Counted from the first letter of the stretch, positions 22,837 to 33,258 are shown. The stretch is DNA of 64,000 nt from Pseudomonadota bacterium (GCA_043797085.1 JAZDQA010000013.1:192001-256000); one strand, 5' to 3'. Numbers and translations: made by a program. The notes: generated from the letters alone by a model not told the origin.

Positions 22837-23326
22837 AATCTACCAACGAATTGCACAATTTGGAAAAAAACTGGCTCAATTGGATACTATTGATACGACG
22901 CTGCCCTCCATTGCCGAAGAGGCAAAAGCTATTATTAATGCACAGCGTTGCTCAATTTTTATCGTCGATCACTCTACTGATATGCTCTGGACAAAACTCA
23001 GTGATGGGATTGGGCGTATTGCCATTGCTCTTGATTCGGGAATCGTTGGACTTTGTGTTTCCACTGAGCAGTCCGTTATTGTTAATAATCCCTATGAAGA
23101 CAGCCGTTTTTTATCCAAGATTGATGAAAAAAGCGGTTTTGTTACCCAAAATATCCTTGCCATACCTATTTTCAATTCCAAACAAAATGTTGTGGGAGTT
23201 ATTCAGCTGTTAAACAAATACAACGGTGATTTCAATGAAAGTGACGAGGGGATTATGGGCTTTTTTGCGAACTATGTCAGCGGAACATTGGAACTGGCAT
23301 TGTTGATGGAAGAGAATAAGAAGTAA
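22826..23326 (+). CDS. Stand-alone GAF domain protein 2
   Basis: AQRCSIF, GIVG, NPYED-RF, GVIQLLNK...F...DE. Confidence 0.9.
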   Translation: MGIEIYQRIAQFGKKLAQLDTIDTTLPSIAEEAKAIINAQRCSIFIVDHSTDMLWTKLSDGIGRIAIALDSGIVGLCVSTEQSVIVNNPYEDSRFLSKIDEKSGFVTQNILAIPIFNSKQNVVGVIQLLNKYNGDFNESDEGIMGFFANYVSGTLELALLMEENKK

Positions 23327-23329
23327 AAT

Positions 23330-25114
23330 TTACAACAACTCCCTCTTCATCCAATGACTTAAACAGTACAATCCCCATGTGTGCTGTTTAAATTTTCCTC
23401 GATGCGCCATTTCAATGTATTTTTCCAGCTCACTTGAATGAAATAATCCCGTCTGTACATTTACCTCGCGTATCAGATCAATACGCTTGGATGCAATAAG
23501 CCACTCCATATAAGGGTTTGCAAACCCTTTTTTCTTCCGATTTAAAATCTCATCACTCAAATATTTTTTTCCCATCTGTTTGAGAAGGTATTTTGTTCCT
23601 CCCTCTCCTATACGGGTTTGAGAATCAAGAGAAAAAACTGCCTTTGCAAAACTGTGATCCAAAAATGGAGCTCGCGCTTCAAGCGTATGTGCCATCGACA
23701 TCCGATCAAGTTTAGCCAAAAAATGTTCTCCCACAAAAAGCTTCAAATCAATAGCGCTATACCAATGTGAGGGATGAGTGTAATTACTGTTTTCAAATTG
23801 TTGTCGATAGGTTTCTAAAAATCGTAACGATTCGTTATCCCGCACATTTTGTCGTAACAATAAATTTTGCTGTAAATCGGTGAATTTTTCTCCCGAGGTA
23901 CGGAAGAGCAATGAGTCATCAAATATTCGCTTGTACCATTCCCACTCACGATTCATCGAAAAGTTACTGTGAAAATATTTCTTGAGCCAGTTTTTATGGT
24001 GAAGAGTAGCCGCTTTTTCAATGTCAAGGTACTCAAAATACTGTCGATACCCCAAAAAGAGTTCATCTGCACCCTCCCCGCTGAGGACGACTTTGTACCC
24101 TTCTCTTGCAATACGCTTCATCAACAAATACAATGGCAACGCAGCAGGATCATTAAGCGGTTCGTCCATCTGATCTAAAACTGTGTCCAAGTTTTCATCA
24201 AAATCATAGCGCGAAATCACCACCTCAGTATTTTCTAAACCCAACTCATTTGCAGTCACTTTTGCATTAGCACGTTCATCATATCCCGTATATTCATCAT
24301 AGCCGAGCGTAAAAGTGGGTAATTTTTTTCCTTGGGCTTTAGCGATGGCGCAAATCATTGCACTGTCAATTCCTCCAGAGAGCAAAGCACACATAGGGAC
24401 ATCGGAATCCAATCTTTTTTGGATACTGTGATGGAGCAGTTCTTCGATATTTTTCGTGGAATTTTGCGGAGTATCTAAAAGAGTGTAATAGCTCTGCTTA
24501 CTTATCTTCCCTTTCTCAAAACAGAGATACTCTCCAGATTCGAGCTTTTCAATCCCTTCATAAAACGTGTGCGGCGGTGCAGGGGCTAAAAACGAGAGAT
24601 ACGAGCGCATCGCATCTTCGTTCATTTTGACTGAGGATAAAAATGGTTTTATCGCTTTGATCTCCGAAGCAAAGACAAACGCATCCGCTCCTTGATAATA
24701 AAACATCGGCTTTTTACCAAATCGATCACGTACTAAATAAAGCTTCTCGCTATCGATCAGGGCAAACGCAAACATCCCATCAAAGTGCCTGATACACTCA
24801 ATTCCCCACCGTTGATACGCCGCTAAAACAACTTCGGCATCACTGTGTGTCTGCCATTGAAACTCTTCCAGCTCAAGACGCAATGCTTTATGATTATAAA
24901 TCTCTCCATTAAAACTCAAAAGAAGATTTTTATGGCGTAATGGCTGATGAGATCGGTGATGATTATCCGTAATAGAGAGCCGCTGATGCGCTAAAAAAAG
25001 CCCTTTTTGCTCAATGATTCCGCAATGATCCCGTCCGCGATGACGTAGAGTTGCCAAAGCTATGCGAGCCTTTGTGGGAGTATAATCCCCAATAATTCCA
25101 AATACTCCGCACAC
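23330..25114 (-). CDS. asnB: Asparagine synthase (glutamine-hydrolysing)-family amidotransferase
   Basis: N-terminal MCG nucleophile, RLSI-D, FNGEIYN, LSGGIDS, SGEGADELF. Confidence 0.92.
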   Translation of the reverse strand: MCGVFGIIGDYTPTKARIALATLRHRGRDHCGIIEQKGLFLAHQRLSITDNHHRSHQPLRHKNLLLSFNGEIYNHKALRLELEEFQWQTHSDAEVVLAAYQRWGIECIRHFDGMFAFALIDSEKLYLVRDRFGKKPMFYYQGADAFVFASEIKAIKPFLSSVKMNEDAMRSYLSFLAPAPPHTFYEGIEKLESGEYLCFEKGKISKQSYYTLLDTPQNSTKNIEELLHHSIQKRLDSDVPMCALLSGGIDSAMICAIAKAQGKKLPTFTLGYDEYTGYDERANAKVTANELGLENTEVVISRYDFDENLDTVLDQMDEPLNDPAALPLYLLMKRIAREGYKVVLSGEGADELFLGYRQYFEYLDIEKAATLHHKNWLKKYFHSNFSMNREWEWYKRIFDDSLLFRTSGEKFTDLQQNLLLRQNVRDNESLRFLETYRQQFENSNYTHPSHWYSAIDLKLFVGEHFLAKLDRMSMAHTLEARAPFLDHSFAKAVFSLDSQTRIGEGGTKYLLKQMGKKYLSDEILNRKKKGFANPYMEWLIASKRIDLIREVNVQTGLFHSSELEKYIEMAHRGKFKQHTWGLYCLSHWMKRELL

Positions 25115-25196
25115 CAGAGGACCCCTTAATATTAAAGTTTTCAGTATTATACGCTATCATAAGAAAATCATATTTTTATTCAAAGAACGCAATACA

Positions 25197-26060
25197 ATGA
25201 TACCTGTCTCTATCTCTCAAAAACAAATTGTCCTTGATTTCTTTGCCAATGATATTAAAGTAGTCAAAAAATATTTCAATGCCATCGGTTTTGATTTCGA
25301 TGAACGTTTTCGTTTTGATGTTTTTAAAGAGTTCATCTATTCCGCCGCTGGAATGTTTAAAGACATTGATCCGACCATTTACAATCAAGAACTTGTCAGC
25401 CAATTCAATACCATTCGTTATTTAAACGAGAGATATAGTGACTTTGAACAGCGTAGCCAGCACGTTCAAAAAGTATATACCAAAGATTTTCTCTGTGCCC
25501 AAGAATCGTATATGCATGAAAAAAAAGAGTTTGACTCCCTAAAAGGCGAGTTGCAAATGCTCATTGCCAAAGAACAAGTCGTAACTGCCAAACGAGATGT
25601 TATGGAAAAACAACTGGGAAATATTCCTCCGGAAGCTCATAATGAATTCGAACATGGACTCAAAAAAATCCGCCGAGAACAAGTAGACACCATCCATTTT
25701 ATCGGAACACACCGTAAAGAGCTCGAAGAACACCAAAGCAATCTAAAAGCGTTTGAAGATCTGCACCGCGAAGAGTTTCTCAAGTATTTCTATGAAATTA
25801 AAGAAAAACTAACCCATCAATACACCGAGTCACTCAACTATTTTGGATTTGCTTTCAACGAAGCTCTTTTTCGCGATTCTGAACGCTCGCGTGCCATTCA
25901 AAAATTTAAAACGGAAGCAGGAATACAAGGAGACATCAATCTATGCAAATACGTCGAATATTATTTGCGAAATGTTGTCCCTGAAGCGTTAGCAGATACG
26001 GGACATAAAGAACGGCTTCTTATCGCAAAAAATTATTGCAACAGTCTAGGGAAAAAATGA
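25197..26060 (+). CDS. Hypothetical coiled-coil protein
   Basis: 287-aa ORF, charged helical central region; stop overlaps the pglK start (ATGA). Confidence 0.75.
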   Translation: MIPVSISQKQIVLDFFANDIKVVKKYFNAIGFDFDERFRFDVFKEFIYSAAGMFKDIDPTIYNQELVSQFNTIRYLNERYSDFEQRSQHVQKVYTKDFLCAQESYMHEKKEFDSLKGELQMLIAKEQVVTAKRDVMEKQLGNIPPEAHNEFEHGLKKIRREQVDTIHFIGTHRKELEEHQSNLKAFEDLHREEFLKYFYEIKEKLTHQYTESLNYFGFAFNEALFRDSERSRAIQKFKTEAGIQGDINLCKYVEYYLRNVVPEALADTGHKERLLIAKNYCNSLGKK

Positions 26061-27754
26061 GGCTTTTTTTTACTAAGCTTTTCTCTATTTTAACCGAACA
26101 TGATAAAAAATTTCTTTTTATTTTGATTTTTATCTCCATCATTGTCTCGCTCATAGAGATGATTGGAGTAGGAGCCATTCTCCCGTTTATCAATATAGCC
26201 AGTAACTTTACCAACATTCATACTAATACTTATACGGAGGGAATTTATACTTTTTTTCATTTTAATAGCGATATTGATTTTGTCATAGCTATTGGAATTG
26301 TCCTTTTAATCTTTTATTTTTTACGCTCTATCCTCAATCTCGGATACTTTTATCTGTTAGCCAAATTTTCTAAAGGGCGCTATCACCTCATCGCCTACCG
26401 ACTTTTTGAAAATTATCTTGGGATGAGCTACCGATCCTTCATCGATAAAAATAGTTCAGATCTCAGCAAAGCTATTATTAATGAAGCGCAGAATATGACG
26501 AATCTAATTTCCGGTCTTTTACTGATGCTTAGTGAAGTCTTTGTGGTCATTTTTATCTATTCTATCATGCTTTACATCAACTGGAAAATTACGCTACTTA
26601 TTAGTACAATCTTGCTCGTCAACGCCTTGTTTCTTATCACGACCGTATCTCGCTCTATTAAAAAAGCAGGAGTCTCACGAGAAGAACATCAAAAGAAATT
26701 TTTTGAGATCATCCAAAGCTCTCTGGGTAACTTTAAAATGATGAAACTCACATCAAATACCGAACAAATTCTTAAAAAATTTGATCATGCCAGCAGCGGT
26801 TATGCTCAAGCCAATATACGAAACGAAACACTTATCCATTTGCCTAGACTTTTTTTGGAAGCACTGGGGTTTGGAATTATTATTTTTATGATAATTTACC
26901 TTATCTATAAATACCAAAGCGATATTTCCGGTGCATTAGCTCTTATCTCGATGTTTGTATTAGGGCTCTATCGACTCATGCCCTCAGCTAACCGTATCTT
27001 ATCGGGCTATAATCAAATCCTTTTTTATAAAAGCTCTCTCGATATTATTCATAATGATCTAATGTACGATGCAGAAAAACTACAAGACGACCCTATCAGA
27101 TTCGAGAAAACGCTTAAACTCGATCAGGTCTATTTTGAATATGATGAAAATAAACCTATTTTGAAAGACATCTCTCTCATAATTCATAAGGGAGACAAAG
27201 TAGCATTCATCGGAGAAAGCGGCAGTGGAAAATCGACACTGGTCGATATTATTATCGGACTTTATCGACCAAAAAGTGGCACAATTACAATAGATTCTAT
27301 ACCATTAGATGAAAGCAATATCAAAGCATGGCGAAGCAAAGTAGGCTATATCCCTCAAAGTATCTACCTCTTTGACGGCACCGTAGCTCAAAATGTCGCC
27401 TTCGGAAAACCTATTGATAACGATAACATCAAAGAATCTCTCGCTCAAGCTTCTCTTTTGGAGTTTTTGGAATCAACCCATGAGGGAATAAATACCATGG
27501 TAGGTGACGGAGGTATCAAACTCAGCGGCGGTCAGCGTCAGAGAATCGCCATCGCTCGAGCCCTCTATACAAATCCCGAAGTTTTAGTTCTTGATGAAGC
27601 TACCAGTGCTCTCGATAGTGATACCGAAACGAAAATTATGGAAGAAATCTTTAGAATATGTGAAGATAAGACATTAATTGTGATTGCCCATCGGTTGAGT
27701 ACGATTGAGGGGTGTGGGAAAACTTATAGGATTGAGAATACTAAAATAAAATGA
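26057..27754 (+). CDS. pglK: PglK/WlaB-like ABC flippase
   Basis: TMD+NBD fusion; LYRLMPSANR, GESGSGKST, LSGGQRQR; located in a PglB locus; start at ATG 26057. Confidence 0.85.
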   Translation: MRLFFTKLFSILTEHDKKFLFILIFISIIVSLIEMIGVGAILPFINIASNFTNIHTNTYTEGIYTFFHFNSDIDFVIAIGIVLLIFYFLRSILNLGYFYLLAKFSKGRYHLIAYRLFENYLGMSYRSFIDKNSSDLSKAIINEAQNMTNLISGLLLMLSEVFVVIFIYSIMLYINWKITLLISTILLVNALFLITTVSRSIKKAGVSREEHQKKFFEIIQSSLGNFKMMKLTSNTEQILKKFDHASSGYAQANIRNETLIHLPRLFLEALGFGIIIFMIIYLIYKYQSDISGALALISMFVLGLYRLMPSANRILSGYNQILFYKSSLDIIHNDLMYDAEKLQDDPIRFEKTLKLDQVYFEYDENKPILKDISLIIHKGDKVAFIGESGSGKSTLVDIIIGLYRPKSGTITIDSIPLDESNIKAWRSKVGYIPQSIYLFDGTVAQNVAFGKPIDNDNIKESLAQASLLEFLESTHEGINTMVGDGGIKLSGGQRQRIAIARALYTNPEVLVLDEATSALDSDTETKIMEEIFRICEDKTLIVIAHRLSTIEGCGKTYRIENTKIK

Positions 27755-28758
27755 TTCCAAATACCCTCTTATCTATCACAATCCCTACCTATAATCGCGC
27801 TGATTTTTTAGACTATTCTCTTGAAATTCATATTCCTTTAGCAAGAGCTTATAATGTGCAGATTTATATTTCTGATAATGCCTCTACCGATTCTACTAAA
27901 GAAGTTGTTGAGAAATGGCAACAAGAATATTCATTAATTCATTATTTTTGTAATGAGCGTAATATTGGTGAAATAAATTTTGAAATTGCTCTAAAACTTC
28001 CGCAGACAGAGTACGTTTGGCTTTTGGGAGACACCTATCAAATCCCATCGAATGGAATTCAATACCTTTTAACTGTTATTTCGAAAGAAGATCAAAATTA
28101 TGACGCATTTATTTTTAATTTAGCTAATAGAATAACAGATATTATTCAACAAGACTATCAAGATCATAATGCATTGCTGCATGATATTGGTGCACTTATG
28201 ACCTGTTTGAGTTGCTTGGTTTATCATAAATCTCTCATTAATAATGGTAGCTTTAGACGATATTATGATACCTATTTTATTCAAACAGGGGTTATTTTAG
28301 AAGATATTGCATATCGTCCCTTTTGTATTCAATGGGTTCAGACTCTATCTGTGCAAAGTCTTATTCACCCATCTCTTCAAAAAATAAATTGGAGTCTTAC
28401 TTCCAAAGCATTTGAGATAGGTTGCGAAAAATGGACAAATTTTATATTTTCTCTGCCACCGACTTATAGTATTGAAAATAAGATGAAATGTATTATGGAT
28501 TTTGGAGAAGTTTCTACTTTATTTACGATAAAGAGTCTAATTCTTCTCCGATTACACGAAATATTAACCTATACAACATTTAAAAAGTACAGATACCTAT
28601 TTAAGTTAACCATAGATATTCCCATAGTGTTTATTTTTATACTCTCAATAACACCTAAACTCTTTTTACAAATTGCAGGAATTATGATAATTACTTTTTT
28701 TGGGAATAACAAGAGAAAAAAAATTAAATTGCTAATAGCAAAAGGGGCTAATTCATGA
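27751..28758 (+). CDS. Family 2 glycosyltransferase
   Basis: LSITIPTYNR, ISDNASTD. Confidence 0.88.
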   Translation: MIPNTLLSITIPTYNRADFLDYSLEIHIPLARAYNVQIYISDNASTDSTKEVVEKWQQEYSLIHYFCNERNIGEINFEIALKLPQTEYVWLLGDTYQIPSNGIQYLLTVISKEDQNYDAFIFNLANRITDIIQQDYQDHNALLHDIGALMTCLSCLVYHKSLINNGSFRRYYDTYFIQTGVILEDIAYRPFCIQWVQTLSVQSLIHPSLQKINWSLTSKAFEIGCEKWTNFIFSLPPTYSIENKMKCIMDFGEVSTLFTIKSLILLRLHEILTYTTFKKYRYLFKLTIDIPIVFIFILSITPKLFLQIAGIMIITFFGNNKRKKIKLLIAKGANS

Positions 28759-29387
28759 AAAAAAATATTCGATATATTTTAAATATATCAGTGCTTTTTC
28801 TTTCATGGCTCTATCCGTATCGAGTACTTCAATATGCTAAAACACTCTTCTTTTACAAAATATACACATTTGCCATACAGAGACAATTTAAAAGTGCAGG
28901 AATCAATTTATCTGTCAATCCTTATCTTATTCTCCATGGTGCAGAGCACATCGTCATTGGAAATAATGTATCTATTCAAAGCCGTTGCTGGATTGGAGCG
29001 CACGATGAATATTTTGGTTATCGATATTCCCCCATACTTATAATTGGAAATAATGTGACTATAAATTTCAATTGTCATATAGCATGCATAAATTCTATTA
29101 CAATTGGCAATGACACGCTTATATCAAGTAATGTTTTAATCAGCGATCATACTCATGGGGAAACAAACTGCAATGCTTTTCATGGAATTCGTCGCACGCA
29201 ACCGCTCGTGTCTAAGGGAGCAATTGTGATTGGAAATAATGTTTGGATTGGTGAAAAAGCCTCTATTCTACCTGGAGTCTGTATTGGCGATAATACTATC
29301 ATCGGAGCTAACGCTGTTGTCACAAAAAATATACCGGCAAACTGTATTGCAGCTGGGAATCCAGCTAAAATCATTAGAACATTATAA
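28755..29387 (+). CDS. Hexapeptide-repeat acyl/acetyltransferase
   Basis: IGNNV repeats, ISDH, IGANAVVTK, AGNPAK. Confidence 0.9.
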   Translation: MKKNIRYILNISVLFLSWLYPYRVLQYAKTLFFYKIYTFAIQRQFKSAGINLSVNPYLILHGAEHIVIGNNVSIQSRCWIGAHDEYFGYRYSPILIIGNNVTINFNCHIACINSITIGNDTLISSNVLISDHTHGETNCNAFHGIRRTQPLVSKGAIVIGNNVWIGEKASILPGVCIGDNTIIGANAVVTKNIPANCIAAGNPAKIIRTL

Positions 29388-30232
29388 TGAAAATTGCTGG
29401 AATTATTGTTCTGTACAATCCCGACCAAACAGTGGGCAAGAATATCGAATCCTATATCGATGATCTTGATATACTGTATGCAATTGATAATTCAGACCAA
29501 AAACAATCCAATATTATTGATACTCTTTTTAATAACCCAAAAATACATTACATAAACAACAATGGGAATCAAGGAATCGCCCATGCCCTTAATATCGGTG
29601 CGAATAAAGCTATCGAAATGGGCTACGGATGGCTCTTAACAATGGATCAAGACAGTAGTTTTAATTCCGTTGTCTTTAAAAAATATTTAGAGTGTATTCA
29701 GAAAATTTCTCAATCTAACCAAATTGCTATTTTTTCTCCAAACTATCTACATTGCAATAATATTGAAACTTCTTGTTCATTTACTGAAAAACTCACTACT
29801 ATTACTTCTGGAAGCCTCCTAAATCTTCATTTATACCCTACAATTGGTAGATTCGATGAAACACTATTTATTGATGAAGTTGATCATGAATACTGTTTAA
29901 GGGCAAATCTTCATAATTATAAAGTTGTCCAATTTGACACAATTTTTTTAAACCATCAAATAGGTAGTCAAATAAAAATAAACTTGCTTGGAAAAGCTAA
30001 ATTTAAAAATATACATTCACCGCTTCGACATTACTACATAACAAGAAATAGTTTATATATACTGCTCAAATATCACAATAAATTCCCAGAATATACTCGT
30101 CATCATATTTGGAAAGTTTCTAAAACACTCATATTTGCCCTCATCTATGGAGAGAATAAACTGATAAGATTCAAATATATTTTAGAAGCAATTAAAGATT
30201 TTTTATCCGGTAAAATGGGTAAATATGAATAA
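29387..30232 (+). CDS. GT2 glycosyltransferase, rhamnosyltransferase-like
   Basis: N-GIAHALNIG, TMDQDS, ITSGS, FIDEVDHEYCLR, RHYYITRN. Confidence 0.85.
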   Translation: MKIAGIIVLYNPDQTVGKNIESYIDDLDILYAIDNSDQKQSNIIDTLFNNPKIHYINNNGNQGIAHALNIGANKAIEMGYGWLLTMDQDSSFNSVVFKKYLECIQKISQSNQIAIFSPNYLHCNNIETSCSFTEKLTTITSGSLLNLHLYPTIGRFDETLFIDEVDHEYCLRANLHNYKVVQFDTIFLNHQIGSQIKINLLGKAKFKNIHSPLRHYYITRNSLYILLKYHNKFPEYTRHHIWKVSKTLIFALIYGENKLIRFKYILEAIKDFLSGKMGKYE

Positions 30233-30950
30233 TAATCTTTTATCAATAGCAATGACCACATATAACGGTGAAAATTTTTTACGTCAGCAAATGGATTCAA
30301 TTATATTGCAAACCTATCCCCATTTTGAAGTAATCATCTGTGATGACCAATCAACCGACTCAACCTATAAAATTCTTCAAGAATATGCGGCACGGGATGC
30401 TAGAATCAAACCTTTTATAAATGATATAAACCTTGGAGTAATCAAAAATTTTGAAAAAGCTCTGTCATTATGTTCTGGTAAATATATTGCATTAGCTGAC
30501 CAAGATGACATTTGGATGCCCGATAAAATTGCAATAATACTATCGTATTTAGAAAATGCCGATATTGTCATTCACGATTGTCAGATTATTGATGAAAACA
30601 GTACACTTCTTTTTAATTCTTTTTTTGAGCAGAATAGGGCTAAGTCAGGTTTGATGAATAATTTATTAAAAAATAGCTATGTTGGTTGTTCTATGGCGTT
30701 CAATCGAAAAATTATTGATAAAGCATTACCTTTTCCCTCTGATATTCCAATGCACGATTGGTGGATAGGTCTCATAGGTGAAATCTATGGCAATACTGTT
30801 TTTTGTACAGAAAAATTAATCGCATATCGTCGGCATGAGAACAACGCCTCTGCTTCTACTGGTATCAGCCAATATAGCTTACTTAAAAAAATACACTTTC
30901 GTATTATTATGCTCAGAAATCTTTTAAAAAGATACTTTTTACATGTATAG
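30225..30950 (+). CDS. GT2 glycosyltransferase
   Basis: TYNGE-FL-QQ, ADQDDIW, MHDWW, YRRH. Confidence 0.88.
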   Translation: MNNNLLSIAMTTYNGENFLRQQMDSIILQTYPHFEVIICDDQSTDSTYKILQEYAARDARIKPFINDINLGVIKNFEKALSLCSGKYIALADQDDIWMPDKIAIILSYLENADIVIHDCQIIDENSTLLFNSFFEQNRAKSGLMNNLLKNSYVGCSMAFNRKIIDKALPFPSDIPMHDWWIGLIGEIYGNTVFCTEKLIAYRRHENNASASTGISQYSLLKKIHFRIIMLRNLLKRYFLHV

Positions 30951-31770
30951 TCTTTCCGCTTCAATCGTCCTCTACAACAATCCGCTGGCAATGCTCAAAA
31001 AAGTAATAAAAAGTGTTTTAGATACCTCTCTCAATATCACGCTCTATCTCATTGATAACTCACCAATTGATACCTTCAAAACCTTAGCTGCTTTAGACAC
31101 TCGAATCACCTATATCCATAATCCTTCTAATCTAGGATATGGTGCTGCACATAATATTGCTATAGCCAAATCCATAGAGTCCGGCATCAATTACCATCTT
31201 GTTCTCAATCCGGATGTCTATTTTGAGAATGGTGTATTAGAAAAGGTTATGACATATATGGATGCCAATTTGGATGTAGGATTATTAATGCCAAAAGTGC
31301 TCTATCCCAATGGCGATATACAATATATTGCAAAGCTTTTACCAACACCTTGGGATTTATTTGCAAGACGCTTTATTCCAATCAAAAGTTATCTCGAAAA
31401 AATAAATCGTCGATACAGTCTCATTTTTTTTGACTATTCATCTACGGTACAAATTCCTTTTGTATCCGGCTGTTTTATGTTTTTAAGAACCGATACACTT
31501 AAACAGGTTGGTATTTTTGATGAAAACTACTTTATGTATCTTGAAGATGCTGATCTCAGTAGACGAATCGGAACTGTTTCAAAAACCATTCTTTATCCTC
31601 ATGTTCATATCTATCATGAATACGAAAGAGGGGCACATAAGAACTTCCGTCTCTTGTGGATATTTATCTGTTCTACCTTTACCTATTTCAACAAGTATGG
31701 CTGGTTTTTTGACTCGTACAGAAAAAAAATAAATCGACAAGCCCTCGAACAATTAAGCTGGAACGAATAA
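30943..31770 (+). CDS. GT2 glycosyltransferase (WbbL-like)
   Basis: NLGYGAAHN, LNPD, SGCFM, FDENYFMYLEDADL. Confidence 0.85.
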   Translation: MYSLSASIVLYNNPLAMLKKVIKSVLDTSLNITLYLIDNSPIDTFKTLAALDTRITYIHNPSNLGYGAAHNIAIAKSIESGINYHLVLNPDVYFENGVLEKVMTYMDANLDVGLLMPKVLYPNGDIQYIAKLLPTPWDLFARRFIPIKSYLEKINRRYSLIFFDYSSTVQIPFVSGCFMFLRTDTLKQVGIFDENYFMYLEDADLSRRIGTVSKTILYPHVHIYHEYERGAHKNFRLLWIFICSTFTYFNKYGWFFDSYRKKINRQALEQLSWNE

Positions 31771-32624
31771 TGAAAATCCTCCTTACAGGTGCGACCGGAT
31801 TTATCGGAAGTTATTTTAGGAATAACAATCAATCCGATGAAATTTTCCCTTTTTCATTTCAGCATGACAACATAAGCATCTCGGATTTTTCGAAATTCGA
31901 TTTGATTCTTCATCTTGCAGCTCTTGTACATCAAATGAAAACAGCTGATCTCGCAGATTATGAAGCAATTAATGTAAAAAAAACCCTTGAGCTTGCGGTA
32001 AAAGCAAAAAGCGATGGAGCAAAGCACTTTATTTTCATGAGTACTGTAAAAGTCTATGGAGAGGAAAGCTCTACTGTCTATACCGAAAACACACCTTGTC
32101 ATCCAAAAGATAATTACGGAAGGAGCAAATTTCATGCTGAGCAAGAACTTCTAATGCTAACCGATGTAAATTTTACCGTATCGATCATCCGCACGCCAAT
32201 CGTCTATGGGGCAGGTGTAAAAGCCAATATTAAAAACCTTATCGATTTGGTTAAAAAAACAACTGTATTACCGTTTAAAAATACTCACAATATTCGTAGT
32301 ATGGTCTATGTAGGAAATTTATATGCTTTACTGACATGCGTAATCGAGCAGCGCATCGGAGGGGTATTTTTGGCATGCGATGACGAGTCTATTTCAACAA
32401 CAGAATTTATCCAAAAAATTGCTGCTTCTTTTGGGAAGAAACTCTTTTTAATCTACATCCCCTTATTCGAAGCTGCTCTAAAATTTCTAAAACCCTCATT
32501 GCATAAGAGACTCTTTGGTAATCTAATAGTTGATAATACACTAACCAAAGCACGCCTTGGATATCATCCGCCCTACACAATCGATGAGGGAATTAAGATT
32601 ATGCTTCATGGGGAAAAAGAATGA
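31770..32624 (+). CDS. NAD-dependent epimerase/4-reductase (WbpV/WreQ-like SDR)
   Basis: TGATGFIG, HLAALVHQM, STVKVYGE, YGRSK, VYG-GVKAN. Confidence 0.85.
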   Translation: MKILLTGATGFIGSYFRNNNQSDEIFPFSFQHDNISISDFSKFDLILHLAALVHQMKTADLADYEAINVKKTLELAVKAKSDGAKHFIFMSTVKVYGEESSTVYTENTPCHPKDNYGRSKFHAEQELLMLTDVNFTVSIIRTPIVYGAGVKANIKNLIDLVKKTTVLPFKNTHNIRSMVYVGNLYALLTCVIEQRIGGVFLACDDESISTTEFIQKIAASFGKKLFLIYIPLFEAALKFLKPSLHKRLFGNLIVDNTLTKARLGYHPPYTIDEGIKIMLHGEKE

Positions 32625-33187
32625 CATCTAAACGCTGTTTCGATCTGATCCTGGCATCCATTGCCACCACCCTCCTTCTTGTGCCATTTTTGATTGTGGC
32701 ATTGCTAGTACAAGTCACCTCTAAAGGTCCCATCTTCTACTGGTCTCAACGTGTTGGGAAAAACAATACTCTTTTCTTAATGCCAAAATTTCGCACTATG
32801 TGGATTGACACGCCGGCGATAGCTACTCATTTGCTGAATAATCCTGAAGCACTGCTAACTCCTATTGGCTCCTTTTTACGTAAAAGTAGCTTGGATGAGC
32901 TACCACAGCTTTGGAGTATCCTTAATGGAGATATGAGCTTTGTGGGTCCGCGCCCTGCTTTGTTTAACCAAGATGATTTAATAGCTCAACGTACAGAAGC
33001 AGGAATACAAACACTGACACCAGGGCTGACGGGATGGGCACAGATCAATGGTCGGGATGAACTACCAATTCCAAAAAAAGTAGCCCTTGATACAGAGTAT
33101 TTACACCAACAATCTTTCTGGTTTGATTTAAAAATACTTGCTTTGACTTTTACCAAAGTAGTTAAAAAAGAGGGTGTTATTCATTAA
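32621..33187 (+). CDS. Monotopic undecaprenyl-phosphate sugar-1-phosphate transferase (PglC superfamily)
   Basis: KRCFD, KFRTM, SLDELPQL, GDMSFVGPRP, PGLTGWAQINGR. Confidence 0.92.
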   Translation: MTSKRCFDLILASIATTLLLVPFLIVALLVQVTSKGPIFYWSQRVGKNNTLFLMPKFRTMWIDTPAIATHLLNNPEALLTPIGSFLRKSSLDELPQLWSILNGDMSFVGPRPALFNQDDLIAQRTEAGIQTLTPGLTGWAQINGRDELPIPKKVALDTEYLHQQSFWFDLKILALTFTKVVKKEGVIH

Positions 33188-33258
33188 AAAATGATCACAT
33201 TGATAAACTCAAGCCATTTAGTTAAAATACCCCCATTAAAACAGAGGACACCTATATC

